Positions 47,125-59,758 of a stretch of 64,000 bases of DNA are shown one piece after another (position 1 is the stretch's first letter; each line of letters starts with the position of its first letter). The stretch covers positions 23,064,001 to 23,128,000 of the forward strand of contig NC_059439.1 in the NCBI RefSeq assembly GCF_021028975.2, read 5' to 3'. Under the pieces are notes generated by a model, which was not told the origin of the DNA, did not search any database, and worked only from the letters and a program-made list of their open reading frames with translations. The stretch is from Sphaerodactylus townsendi. Lineage: Eukaryota. Position numbers and translations under genes: made by a program.

Positions 47125-48392
47125 AGCAAGCCTTCTTCCTTGTACACTTACAGAAAAGTTGATTGAGTACAACCCTTTGCACAAATGTCTGCAAAAGTGG
47201 ACAAAAATATAAGTAAAATAAGGTTTTGGACATTTCGTAGCATCTGATCACAAGACATCTGATGACATACCTGCAGGACTACCGCCCCCAATATCAATCC
47301 CCACAACCAACACCTTAAACCAACACTTGTTGGTTATTCCCTCTTGTAGGGTCATTAGAATGATCACTATAGATCTAAGATTTTCAGTGGCTACTCCTAT
47401 TTCTGGAACAGCCTTCCTAAAGCTGCCACGAAGGCATCTACTTTGTAATGACATTGCAATTTGTGCAATGCAGAATTATTCAGAATGTGTTTTGACAATG
47501 ACACTTAATGTTTGGGGGAGTAATTTATATTGGGGAAAAAGCATGACATGGCACAAAAAACCCTGATCACTTTTAAATTAAAAAAAACCTGCTTTGTGCT
47601 TGAGTACAGGTTCAGACTCAAAAGCTTGGAATTGCTACCACATCAAAGGCCTAGATGGGTCTTTGATACCAAAACAAACAGGATAAAGAAAATATGTCAT
47701 TGTTAATGAGTTGCTTTTCTGTTCTCCAGCTAAGCACGAACTGGAAAAGTTTCTGGTAACAAAAATGAAGAAACTTTCAATTTCAGCTCATTAAGGAAAC
47801 TTGGGTGAGGGTCAGGCAGATAAGCACAAAAGGCACAGGAATGCTGGAATACCCCTGGAGCAGTTAAATAACAATAACAGTTATTACAAAAGGAGGCGAA
47901 CAAATGTTCCTGGAAAGGCCAACCTGGTCCCCTATTTACACAATAAAGACCAGCCTCGAGATAAGTAAAAGCTGACAAGTTCATATCTATCTACTCAATG
48001 AACTGGACAGCAAAAAAAAAAAGTCAGAAGAGCTTGGATTAGGCAGACTGTTATAATGCTAAGTATGACAATTACAAATGTCATCAGGCAGGCAGCAAAA
48101 GAAAGCTAGAAGTTGCAAAAACAGAGGGCAAAGATAATGGTTTACAGTTTCTTGCCACTCTCCTGCATTACACCAGTAATACTTATCTGATTAAGCATCA
48201 AATATTGTTTTAAAAGTAACTTAAATACTCACAATATATCCCTATTACTATCCTACTATCCTATCCACAATATATCCCTATTACTATCCTTACAGTACTT
48301 TCATGGATAAATCAACAGCACCATGAGGGTGACTTCAAAGGAAGTTGGATTTTCCTTTTTTTCCATACTCCATTTCATTATACATTCACTTA

Positions 48393-48533
48393 GGCCCCTT
48401 CCACACACGCAAAATAATGCATTTTCCAACCACTTTCAGAACTGTTTGCAAGTAGATTTTGCTATTCCGCACAGCTTCAAAGAGTACTGAAAGCAGTTTG
48501 AAAGTGCATTATTCTGCATCTGCGGAATGAGCC
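48393..48533 (-). mobile_element. 141-bp Harbinger-like MITE
   Basis: TSD TTA; empty site cacTTAgaaaagc at ~53920. Confidence 0.85.
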
Positions 48534-48638
48534 TTAGAAAAGCTGAAAATCAAAGTATGCAAATAGAACTGAAAACATGACAAAAACAATAATTGTTCCA
48601 TACTGTAGATTTTATTCCAGACAAGTTTAATATAATTA

Positions 48639-49604
48639 CTATCTATCTCCAACAAATTTCTTAGAAATCCCAGATTTGTTTATAAGTCTTCTTAAAGCTT
48701 TTTTAACCTCTTTGTTTCTTAGACTATAGATGAGGGGATTAATTAGAGGGGTTAAGACTGTATAGAAAACTGAAAAGATCTTGTCTATTTCCTCCAGAGT
48801 TTCCTTTTTTGGAAGCAAATATACAAATATCAGCGAACCATAAAATATGGAAACTACCATGAGGTGGGAAGAACAGGTGGCAAAGGCCTTCTTTCTCCCA
48901 TCAGAAGATTGAATTTGTATAATGGCACCAATTATACGCACATAAGACAGCAACGTCAGAAGGCAAGAAGGCACACCATCTATTACAGAGAGTGCGAGTC
49001 CCACTAGTGTCACCAGAGTTGTGTCACTGCATGATAGGTTAATCACTGGAGTGAGGTCACAAAAGAACTGCTCAATTTCATGGGGACCACAGTATTTCAG
49101 CTGTGACATCAAACTCACTACTAAAGTCATAACTGTTATCCCCCAAACCCAAGATGCAGCTGACATCACAAAGCAGAGTCTTCCGCTCATGAGGGTTGCA
49201 TATTGGAGGGGCTTGCATATTGCCAAATACCGATCATATGACATTGATGCCAATAAGTACATTTCCGCAATCAGGAGCGTACCAAAACAATAGAGCTGGA
49301 TAAAGCAGCCTCCAACAGAAATGCTTCTGTCCCCTGTCAGAAAGCTGGCCAACATCCTGGGCAGAAGGGTTGAAGTATAGAAGGTCTCCAAACAAGACAA
49401 GTTTCCAAGGAAGAAGTACATGGGAATGTGAAGGTGATGGTCTAGTATTACTAACAGAATAATGATGATGTTTCCAGTCATGGTCACACTATAGATTATT
49501 AGGAAAACCAAGAAGAGAGGAATCTGAAGTTCAGGGGCATCCCCAAATCCAAGAAGGAGAAACGTAGCTATGGTTGTTTCATTGACTGTCTCCATATTCT
49601 TCAT
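48639..49604 (-). CDS. Olfactory receptor OR4 (family-11-like), 321 aa
   Basis: All canonical motifs; ATG 49604 follows a TTTCAG acceptor. Confidence 0.95.
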   Translation of the reverse strand: MKNMETVNETTIATFLLLGFGDAPELQIPLFLVFLIIYSVTMTGNIIIILLVILDHHLHIPMYFFLGNLSCLETFYTSTLLPRMLASFLTGDRSISVGGCFIQLYCFGTLLIAEMYLLASMSYDRYLAICKPLQYATLMSGRLCFVMSAASWVWGITVMTLVVSLMSQLKYCGPHEIEQFFCDLTPVINLSCSDTTLVTLVGLALSVIDGVPSCLLTLLSYVRIIGAIIQIQSSDGRKKAFATCSSHLMVVSIFYGSLIFVYLLPKKETLEEIDKIFSVFYTVLTPLINPLIYSLRNKEVKKALRRLINKSGISKKFVGDR

Positions 49605-51824
49605 CGTTTCAATCACTGAAACAGAATTTCAAAAACAATATGGTCTACAAGTGAACGTTCCAAAGCCTTAACTTTATTATAAATTTATATATCATTTGGC
49701 ACCTGAAACACCATTTTTTTGTTGTAAAGTTAATATTCAACTAGTTTCTAATGTAATAGATAGGAATCACCACTCTTGGGGGGAGGGTATTTTTCAGGCC
49801 CAAGTTTAATAGACCCAGAAATGCCCCCCCCCCCAAAAAAAGTATTGGTCTTTTTTGCCTGTCTTGGAATTAATTCCACATCGGTCTCAGAGGCAGCAGG
49901 CATATGGATTTCTGATTCAAGCACATAATTAAATATTGTGATCAACCAGTCCGAGTCCAGTGTTTAACAGTAGGATTGGTCTCGCTCTGCCTAGCTTTAA
50001 ACTGCGAGCTCAGCCTAACCAAGTCTAAAGTTGAATGATGGACTCTGCCTCTTACACTCACATAAGAGAGGTAAGAAAGTGAGAATGGAAAGGGGATTAA
50101 TTGTTTTTTTTATGCAGTGGGCTGAATAGGTCCCAAAGAATTTGGGGAAAATGGCATTTTGGGGAAATTCAGTTTGATGTGTGACTAATTTTGTCTGAAC
50201 ACATTCCCATTCAGCAAACGTTTCCTAAAAGAGTGGAAGCGTAGGAAACCTTCCGATCTGCAGTTCTACCATTCATTTTGTGGAAAATAGCTGTCCCCTG
50301 TACTCTGGTCCAGCAATCCATGATATTCACCCCAACTAGTCAAGGAAATATTCTAAATACTCATTTACATCTGAAGACATAAGCTAAATGACTTGTAAGA
50401 GTTCAAGCACTGGGTTGGATCCAGACTACATTGGTAATTTCCTTCCCCTCTTACATGTTCCTCATGCCATTCTCTAAGGTTCCTAACTCTACAAGTGCAG
50501 CATTTCATGAAGATTGGTGACCTACAGTTAACGGGGGAAAGCATGATCGTTCTATCCTGCTGATGGAAAATCTAGTCAGGATTTTACTCAACATTTTTTC
50601 ATGAGTAGGTTGCATCCAATTTTTCAATCCAGCTCAGCCAATTGGACCCCTTACTGCAGCCTCCATGAAACAAAATTGTGTCTATGCTGGTGCATGATCT
50701 CAAGTGTAACTATGATGGTGAATTTTTTTTTCATTTTTCACCAGCAAAAAAGTGGCTGAATTTAACTAAATGTCAAGGCCATGTAAAGGATGAATACACA
50801 TTAAGGTTCCCCCCCCCCCACTAATTTATTTTACAAACTAGGGATGGAGTGAAAGCTCACTCAAATGTAAACTTTCCACAAAGGTTCCAGCTTTATCCTC
50901 CTCAAAATACACCTGTTTTTCTCCTCCATGTTGCATGAGCCGGTATTAGAGAAGAATTTGTTTGTTTTAAAATGTAATTATTATAATAGCATCCTCCTGT
51001 TCCCTGAAATATAGTTTTCGGTTTCATAGGAGTGTTCAATTAGGATTATTTAATATCATCCACTTTTGTGTGAATTTCGGCTTGAATTAGAAAGTGGGTC
51101 ATATTCAAAAAGACACTGAGTACAATCTAGGTACAAGAGATTTATGCTGTAGCAATCAGTTGCTTTGGACAAACATGGCTTTATCTTGAAGGAAGTTCCT
51201 TCTATCAGTTGGAAGGCTTTTCATTTGGCAGGTTATTGTTCACAATGTATGAGCATTATTTGATCAAGCAGTATACATTTTCCTTCATTACTATCTCATA
51301 ATCACAAAGGTTTTTTTAAAGTAGAAAGAAATAAGATATTAAATAAGATGTATGAATAATATATATTTAAAAATATTACCTTTAACCATCAAGTGCCATC
51401 AACAATGAATGGCAGAGAGGTAGATAACTGTTGTGCATTTATCCAGCTATTGTGAGAAATGAATAACATTACCTCATGGAGACAATCAAATATTGCCACT
51501 TCACGAGTCCATGCATTACGCAAAAAAAAAAATGCTTGTGTCTACAGAGAATAATCTCTAGATGGTTTAAAGAAAGGATTTTCAAAATAATTAGCAAATT
51601 TCCATCTAAAACATATGATCATTAAGGCTTCAAATACTCCTGTTTGTTATTTAGAGAAATGCGCCACCTATCGAGAAACATGCTTAAGTGAGCTACAATG
51701 AGTGAATTCTCTTGATCACAAGATAATTCATATTCACTTATTTTTTAAAAACAACAACAAAAGAACAGTCCTCCCTTTTTCATGCCTCTCTGATTAAATA
51801 ACAAACACCCTTAACAGATATATA

Positions 51825-52501
51825 CCATATATACTCGCATATAAGTCGAATTTTTCAGCACATTTTTTATGCTGAAAAAGCCCCCCTTGACTTATACGCA
51901 AGTGAGGCGTATATAAAAAAAAATATTTTAGGGTTTTTACTTTGTCAGCCACCAGGGGCGCAGTTTTTCGGCTAGCAGCACCAACATTTCAGGGTATCAT
52001 CAGGTGCCCCCATCCCACATTGTTTCCAATGGAAGCTAATAGTTCATGGGACTACATTTTGAAGGTCTATAACTTTGGACCCCCTGATCCAAACTTCACT
52101 AAACCTGGGTGGTATCATCAGGAGAGCCTCCTAAAAAATACTCTGAAATGTTGGTACTGCTAACATAAACATTCCTCCCCTGACAGGCACCCTCAAATTT
52201 CCCCCAGATTCTCCCTTTAAATCACCCCCTCCTTCTGAGTGGATTTAAAGGGAGAATCAGGGCTTACAGAGCTAGTTTACTGTTTTTCTTTGAAATAATT
52301 ATTATTCAAAAACATTTAACCTATTGATGCCTCAATTAATGGAATTTTATTGGTATCTATTTTTATTTTTGAAATTTACCAGTAGTTGCTGCATTTCCCA
52401 CCCTCAACTTATATGCAAGTCAATTTGTTTTCCTAGTTTTTTGTGGTAAAATTAGGTGCCTCGACTTATATGCGGGTCAACTTATACATGAGTATATACG
52501 G
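51825..52501. mobile_element. Tc1/mariner (pogo/Tigger-like) non-autonomous element
   Basis: TIR CC(A/G)TATATACTC..TATAAGT; TA TSD; absent in paralogs. Confidence 0.8.
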
Positions 52502-52784
52502 TAATAATGCAAAAGGAATTTATTAAAATGAAGACCAAATCGAGCTCTTCTCCTGGGACAAACTAAACAGCCTTGCCTGACAGCTGATCATGGCCTTGAC
52601 GGTGACCACTGGGTTTTCTTAAGCATCCAGTTTCTAACAGTGAATTTTCTGGGTTGCTTATGAAAGTGGTCAGGGAAGTTCATCTGGTGCAAAGTGTTAA
52701 GACCAATCGCAAATATAGTATTTGATGAACATTATATCAGCTGCCCTGGTGATTTCTTGTTTTTGTCCCAGGCATGTGAAGCTA

Positions 52785-53540
52785 TCCGGGACGCTCTCTG
52801 AGGTTTGCTGAGCCTCAAGGGATTGTCATACAGATGGGTGAAAACGATCTACCTGATCAAAGGGCCTTGAACTATCTTTATGGATGGTGGCCATGGTGGG
52901 CTCATGGTGCTTGCTGCGGAGGCCTCTGCAATTGAGCCTGACACCCGAGCAGTTAGGGGGCCACAAAGAGCTGGTGCCCCAGTGGCCCAGTACCTCTCTT
53001 TCCTCTCCAATAGGTATTGTGGTTTTTGCTGGGGTCAGCCAGGGGTGCTGACCAGCTGCTAAACTGATGTGCTCCTCTTGCTTGCCCAGCTTCTGCATTA
53101 ATAAAAGGGCTGTAGCCCAATTTAATTCCAAGGCTTGTCCTGTGGTTATTCACCAGTTGGAACGCTGAACATCTGGCTGCAAACTTGAGTATTTCAGGAG
53201 TAGACAAAAGTCCCATCTAACAAAAGTCCCTCAATTGCAGAGGCCTCCGCAGCAAGCACCATGAGCCCACCACACCCCAAGCTTTTTATGAAAGCCCCCA
53301 GCCATGAGGTCCAGCGCACAAGCTCAGCCTCCCCACAAGGATGCAGTCTTCTGCCCAAACCGCCAAGGCTGCAACAAATAAAGCAGGAAAAAACCCCTTC
53401 CCTTTAAAATAGGGAGGGTGGGTGGGTCAGTTTTCTCCAGGCGCTGAAGAAGGCTGGAACAACCACATGCTGCCTAATGTATAGGGAGAATGCTCCACCC
53501 ATGTGCACATCGCATGATCGTTGCCAGGTGGTGAGGCTCA
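52785..53540. mobile_element. Ngaro/DIRS-like remnants in inverted orientation
   Basis: PQGIVIQMGENDL (SGNH-like) at 52813 on +; AATAAAAGGGCTGTAGCCC-type end; 43-bp inverted repeat. Confidence 0.5.
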
Positions 53541-53549
53541 GCTGCCCAA

Positions 53550-53864
53550 AATAGCTAATGTATTGTTTCCAGGAAGAATGAAAGTCAGAGCTCTCTCCAA
53601 GTTCTTTTCACCCACAGCAACTGGTATCCCAAACTTTGGAATATGAAATCCCATTTAGCTAAAAGGAATGGGTCTAACCTTTTTAAAAAGTCATATCAGT
53701 GGATTCTGTGAACCAGCTTATCCACATCACTCAAATGTTATATGTTAATGACTAAAGGCATAATTTGGCAAAATGTGAATGCATACTTCTGTGCAGCCCC
53801 CCTCCCCCCCCAAAAAAAAACCCCTTTAAGTTTTTCTGCAATGGGCATGTCTACCCAATGCTTT
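53550..53864 (-). pseudogene. Remnant of a third V2R copy (intron 4 sequence only)
   Basis: Matches 39470-39782 and 61717-62160. Confidence 0.8.
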
Positions 53865-54020
53865 GAAGGAAGTTGGATTTTCCTTTTTTTTCCATACTCC
53901 ATTTTATTATACATTCACTTAGAAAAGCTGAAAATCAAAGTATGCAAATAGAACTGAAAACATGACAAAAACAATAATTGTTCCATACTGCAAATTTTAT
54001 TCCAGACAAGTTCAATATAA

Positions 54021-54989
54021 TTACTGTCTATCTCTAACAAATTTCTTAGAAATCCCACATTTGTTTACAAGTCTTCTTAAAGCATTTTTAACCTCTTTGT
54101 TTCTTAGACTATAGATAAGGGGATTAATTAGCGGGGTTAAGACTGTATAGAAAACTGAAAAGATCTTGTCTACTTCTTTCAGAGCTTCTTTTTTTGGTAG
54201 CAAATATACAAATATCAGCGAGCCGTAAAATATGGAGACTACAGTAATGTGGGAAGAACAGGTGGCAAAGGCCTTTTTTCTTCCATCAGAAGATGGAATT
54301 CGTACAATGGCACCAATTATACGCACATAAGACAGTAAGGTCAGAAGGCAAGGAGGAACCCCATCTATGAAACAGACCGTGAGTCCCACTAGTGTCACCA
54401 GAGTTGTGTCACTGCATGATACATTAAGCATTGTTGTGTGGTCACAAAAGAACTGATCAATTTCATGGGGACCACGGTATTCCAGCTGTGACATCAAACT
54501 CACTAATAAAGTCATAACTGTTATCCCCCAAAGCCAAGATACAGCTGACATCACAAAGCAGAGCCTTCCGCTCATGAGGGTTGCATATTGGAGGGGCTTG
54601 CATATTGCCAAATACCGATCATATGACATTGATGCCAGCAGGTAACATTCAGCAATCGCCAGTGCAGTAAAGCAATAAAGTTGGATGAAGCAGCCCCCAA
54701 GAGAAATAGTTCTGTCCCCTGTCAGAAAGCTGGCCAACATCCTGGGCAAAATGGCTGAAGTATAGAAGGTCTCCAAACAAGACAAGTTTCCAAGGAAGAA
54801 GTACATGGGAATGTGAAGGTGATGATCCAGTATTACTAAAACAATGATGATGATGTTTCCAGTCATGGTCACACTATAGATTATCAGGAAAACCAAGAAG
54901 AGAGGAATCTGAAGTTCAGGGGCATCCCCAAATCCAAGAAGGAGAAACGTAGCTATGGTTGTTTCATTGGCTGTCTCCATAGTCTTCAT
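54021..54989 (-). CDS. Olfactory receptor OR5 (family-11-like), 322 aa
   Basis: Canonical TM motifs; ECL2 YCGP changed to YRGP. Confidence 0.92.
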   Translation of the reverse strand: MKTMETANETTIATFLLLGFGDAPELQIPLFLVFLIIYSVTMTGNIIIIVLVILDHHLHIPMYFFLGNLSCLETFYTSAILPRMLASFLTGDRTISLGGCFIQLYCFTALAIAECYLLASMSYDRYLAICKPLQYATLMSGRLCFVMSAVSWLWGITVMTLLVSLMSQLEYRGPHEIDQFFCDHTTMLNVSCSDTTLVTLVGLTVCFIDGVPPCLLTLLSYVRIIGAIVRIPSSDGRKKAFATCSSHITVVSIFYGSLIFVYLLPKKEALKEVDKIFSVFYTVLTPLINPLIYSLRNKEVKNALRRLVNKCGISKKFVRDRQ

Positions 54990-55649
54990 CGTCTCAATCA
55001 CTGAAACAGAATTTCAAAAACAATAAGATCTAAAAGTGAAAGATCCAAAGCCTTAATGTTGCTAAACACTTAAATATAAATTGAAAGGCCATTTTTTGTT
55101 GTGAAATGTTATTTTGTTATTTAGCTAGTATCTCTGTGCTGAACAAATGTTTCCTGCTCTGCTCCTCCACCTTTTTAGATAAGTTTTTGTTGGATTTTAC
55201 AGCCTTGCTTGCATTCAACAGTATGGAATTCTGGGAGATCCCTATGAACATTCTAAAGATGACAATTGAAAACAGGTTGCTCCCTGCTTCTTGTTTTGGA
55301 AAAAGACATTACGTGTTCTGTTCAACCAAAAAGGCTCTGACTGAAATGTTTAATATTGTAGACTATGATTGAAATTGTAACCAAATGATGAACTGTGAAT
55401 GTATCTGTTTAAGAGTATTTTTGCCATCAAGGTACTTTTCAGAGGTGTTTTTTTTTCTGGTTCAGGTTTACCAAACACCCACCTGTAATAATAGGCAATC
55501 TCGTTGTTACTTAATTACAACATTAAATAAAAGATTGCAATCCATTTTTAGTGCTGGGCGATAAAATGGCTAGCTGCAGATGCCAATCATTTGTTTGCTT
55601 GTTTGTTCATTTGTTTTACATCATTATGCTGATGTCATTTTAGTTTAGT

Positions 55650-55843
55650 GCCCCCCCCCCCCAGTTGGCTTTTTCATCTCGGCCTATCATCTAATGGGAC
55701 TCTGCCCTCCCTCTCTCCTGGGGAGAATTTTAAAAGTGGGGTGGCGGACGCCTCTATTATTGTTATCGCTGTTTTAAAGGTTTTAGTAATTTATTTATAA
55801 TTATATTTTATGTTGTACACCGCCCAGAGCCCCTAGGGGATTG
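55650..55843 (+). mobile_element. L2 3' UTR fragment running into a gap
   Basis: Ends gtacaccgcccagagcccctaggggattg, as at 15390-15420. Confidence 0.65.
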
Positions 55844-56810
55844 NNNNNNNNNNNNNNNNNNNNNNNNNNNNNNNNNNNNNNNNNNNNNNNNNNNNNNNNN
55901 NNNNNNNNNNNNNNNNNNNNNNNNNNNNNNNNNNNNNNNNNNNNNNNNNNNNNNNNNNNNNNNNNNNNNNNNNNNNNNNNNNNNNTTTTATCCTAATAAA
56001 AGCGTGTCAGGTAGGTTGCACTGACAGAATGTGACTAATTTTGTCTAAGCCCATTCTCATTCTGAAAAGTTTTGCTAAAACAGTGGAAACCTAGGAAGCC
56101 GTCTGATCTGTAGTCCTACGATTCATTTTGTGGAAAATAGCTGTCCCCTGTATTCTGGGTCCAGCAATCCATAATATTCACCCCCATTGGTCCGAATGGA
56201 AAATAACAAAATACTCATTTACATCTGAAGACATAAGCTGAATGACTTGTAAGAGTACAAGCACTGGGTTGGATCCAGACTACATTGGTAATTTCCACCA
56301 ATTCTACCTTCCCCTCTTCCTCATGCCATCCCCTAGGGTTCCTTATTGTACAGGAGCAGCATTTCATGAAGATTAGTGACCCACAGTGAAAGGGGGAAAG
56401 CAGCAAAGTTCTATCCTGCTGTTGGAAAATCTAGCGAGGATCAAACCCAACATTTTTGTTTCATGATTAGGATGAATCCAACTTTTCATTCCACCTCAAC
56501 CAATCGGCCTCCATGACCCAAAATTGTGTCTATGCTGGTTGCATGATCTCAAATGTAACTAGGTTGGTGATTTTCCTCCATTTTTCACGAGCAAAAAAGT
56601 GGTTGTATCTAATGAGATGTCAGGGCCATATTCAGGATGAATGCACATTAAGTTTTCCCCCTAATTTATTTTACAAACTAGGAATGGAGTGAAAGCTCAC
56701 TCAAAGGTTATCTCTCCTCAAAGGTACTAGTACTGTCCTCAAAATAGACCGGCTTTCCCCCCCTCTGTGTTGCATGAGCATGTATTAGAGATGAGCTCAT
56801 TTGTTTCTTT

Positions 56811-56951
56811 GGCCCCTTCTGCACAAGCAAAATAATGCGTTTTCAAACCACTTTCACAATTGTTTGCAAGTGGATTTTGCTATTCCGCACAGCTTCAAAG
56901 AGCACTAAAAGCAGTTTGAAAGTGCATTATTCTGAATGTGCGGAATGAGCC
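56811..56951 (-). mobile_element. 141-bp Harbinger-like MITE
   Basis: Same family as 21772. Confidence 0.8.
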
Positions 56952-57678
56952 TCTGTTTTAAATGTAACGATTATAATAGCATTCTGCTGTGCTCTGAAAT
57001 GGAGCCTTGGGTTTCATCGGAGTGTTCAATTAGGATTATTAAATAACATCCACTTCTGTGTGGATTTCAGGTTGATTTAGAAGACCTTGAGTACAATCTA
57101 GGTGCAAGAGTTTTACATTGTAGCAATCAGTTGTTATGGACAAATATGGCTTAAAGGAAGTCCCTTCTACCCACTGGAAGGCCTTTCATTTGACAGGTTA
57201 TTTTTCACAATGTATGGGCATCATTTGATCAATCTGTATATATTTTCCCAGAATGACTTTCTAAGAATCCCATGGGTTTTTTTTAGGTAGAAAGAAATAA
57301 GGCATTAAATAAGATGTGTGAGTAATAATTGTTAAAAATATTACCTTTAACCATCAAGCAGCATCAACAATGAATGGCTGAGAGGTAGATAACTGCTGCA
57401 CGCTATACAGGTATTGTTTGAAATGAACAACATTACCTCATGGAGACAATCAAATGTTGCCACTTCACAAGCTTATGCCTTACTCAAAAAGGGCTTTATA
57501 AAGGGAATCAACAGACTGTCTACTGAGAATAATCTCTTGATAGTTAAAGGAAGGAATTTCAAAACAATTAGCAAATTCCCCATCTGAAACATATGATCAT
57601 TAAGGCTTCGAATATTCCTTTCTGTTATTTGGAACCCTGTTTGGAAAAAATGTGCAACATCTCGAGAAACCTGCTTAA

Positions 57679-57819
57679 GGCTCATTCCGCACATGCAGAA
57701 TAATGCACTTTCAAACTGCTTTCAATGCTCTTTGAAGCTGTGCGGAATGGCAAAATCCATTTGCAAACTGTTGTGAAAGTGGTTTGAAAACGCATTATTT
57801 TGCGTGTGCGGAAGGGGCC
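57679..57819 (+). mobile_element. 141-bp Harbinger-like MITE
   Basis: TSD TAA; empty site tgctTAAgtgag at 51681. Confidence 0.85.
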
Positions 57820-58132
57820 TAAGTGAACTATAACAAGTGAATTGTCTTGATTACAGGATGATCCATATATTTTCAATGATTTTTCCTTAAAAAATAATCC
57901 TTTCTTTTTCATGCCTCTCTGATTAAATACCTAAGCATCTTGAACACAAAAAGGAATTTATTAAAATGAACACCAAATTGAGCTCTTGTCCTGGGACAAA
58001 CTAAACAACCTTGCCTCACAGCTGATCATGGACCCGATGGTGATCATCTGCTTTTCTTTACCATTCAATTTCTAACAGTGAATTTCCTGGGTTGCTTGTG
58101 AAGGTGGTCAGGGAAGTTCATCTGGTGCAAAA

Positions 58133-58657
58133 TGTTAAGACCAGTTGCAGAGATGAAATTTAATGAACATTGTATCAGCTGTCTTGGTGATTTCTTGTTT
58201 CTGCCCCCAGGCAAGTGAAGCCAAAGGAAGGTATAAACAGTCCCTCCTTTCTAGGGTCAGGCAAAATAGGCAGGCCTGGGTTGCAAGGGAATGTGAGCAT
58301 GTGCTAAATGGACATGTTGTTTCTACAGATGCAGTAAACCCCCAGTTTCTATTTTATGCCTAAGAGCTGACTGCTTCAGATATGACCAGGATCATCCTCT
58401 GAGCTGTGTGCTGGCAGCTGTTGTCTGGCTATCCTCAGACTTCTCTTTCTGGCTTGCATGTCTTCTCATATGCACCTTTCCCTCCTTTCTAAATGCAGGG
58501 GAGAGTCCAGTGGATTGAGGACAGTGGCTGGTTCCATGGGTCCAGGGTCAGGAGGCTTCAGATTCCAAAGATCTGAGCTGCTTGTTTGTTCTGATCTGTC
58601 AGAATCAGTTTCTGCTAACAACAAGAGCAAGAGGGTCAACAGCTGACAACCATGACT
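58133..58657 (-). mobile_element. Old Gypsy-like LTR remnant (paralog ~34375-35880)
   Basis: ATTAAA..TTAACA end and an RRSLRIA-like U3 segment; boundaries approximate. Confidence 0.3.
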
Positions 58658-59758
58658 GACCAAAGTCTTCCTCCTCTTCGCCATCTGTGTCAACAGCAGC
58701 TTTGTCCGGGGAGGCCACGACAATAGAAGTTAAAGCTCAGATAATGCTGACCAACATGTTGGGTGCCACCTCCAAATACCTTGTTGGCTGTATTGCTAAT
58801 GTGTTTGCTTTGGGAGAACTCCATTCATGAATGATTCAGAGTGCTCGCCAATGTTCTTATCTGCCTTACGTGACCCTGCACATTCCTTCCTCTTAATTAG
58901 GGCCCCACCAGTTGAAAAAAGCCCTGCTTAGTTATCAAGAGCCTGCTCCTAGCTGACAATATAAAACTGGGGGTGGGGGAGGGAGAGTGGTATCAAAGTT
59001 AATTTGAAGCCCCCGAACAAAATCCTTTTTTTGGTCCAGAAGAAGTGGCTCTTCCCATTTGGACAACAAAGAGCAGGTAGAAGGGAAATATTTGCAAATG
59101 CCTGGTTGCCCTTGGCAAACCTAGATGTGGTTGCCAACTATAGGTGGGAAAATTCCTGGAAATATGGGGGTGGAGCCTCGGCAGGGAGGAGTTTGGGGAT
59201 AGGAGGAAACTCAGCCATGGTGTCATGCCATAGAGACCAGCATCTGAAGATTTACAAGACTGGTGGAATGTGTACATTACAGCAAATTTGAAGGCAAAAC
59301 ATGATACAAATAGGCTGGATCCAACCAGCTTTTCTGTGACTGAAAAATGGAGGAGGGATATATTTGATAACCAAAAATCATATGGTGGGGATCATCAGGT
59401 CTGTGCAGACAAAATCAATGAGAGATGGGTATTTTAGTAAAGAAAAAAAAAGGGTGAATTAATAGAGCAAATAGACAAAATCTACCCATGTTCAAAGAGT
59501 ATTTACCACTAGATGTAAAAAGACTGATGTGGTTTCAGCATTTCACAGAAGCTTTACCGGTGAAATTTGAACTGTGTAGGTCATGCTATGCACCATAGCA
59601 TGTAGGTCATGCTATGCACCATAGCATTCAATATTGCAGTCATTACAGAAATGTGATGCCAATAAATTAGGCATTTTCTACTTCAGAAATACTGTCAAAT
59701 AATGTGCAGTTTATTTAAGATTTCACTCAAAATACAAACATGTAAAACATATTTTCCA

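Noticed and set aside
59574-59626. 26-bp tandem duplication downstream of V2R-B (similar short duplications at 12234-12302 and 48228-48290)
   Set aside because: Ordinary slippage duplications with no functional signal
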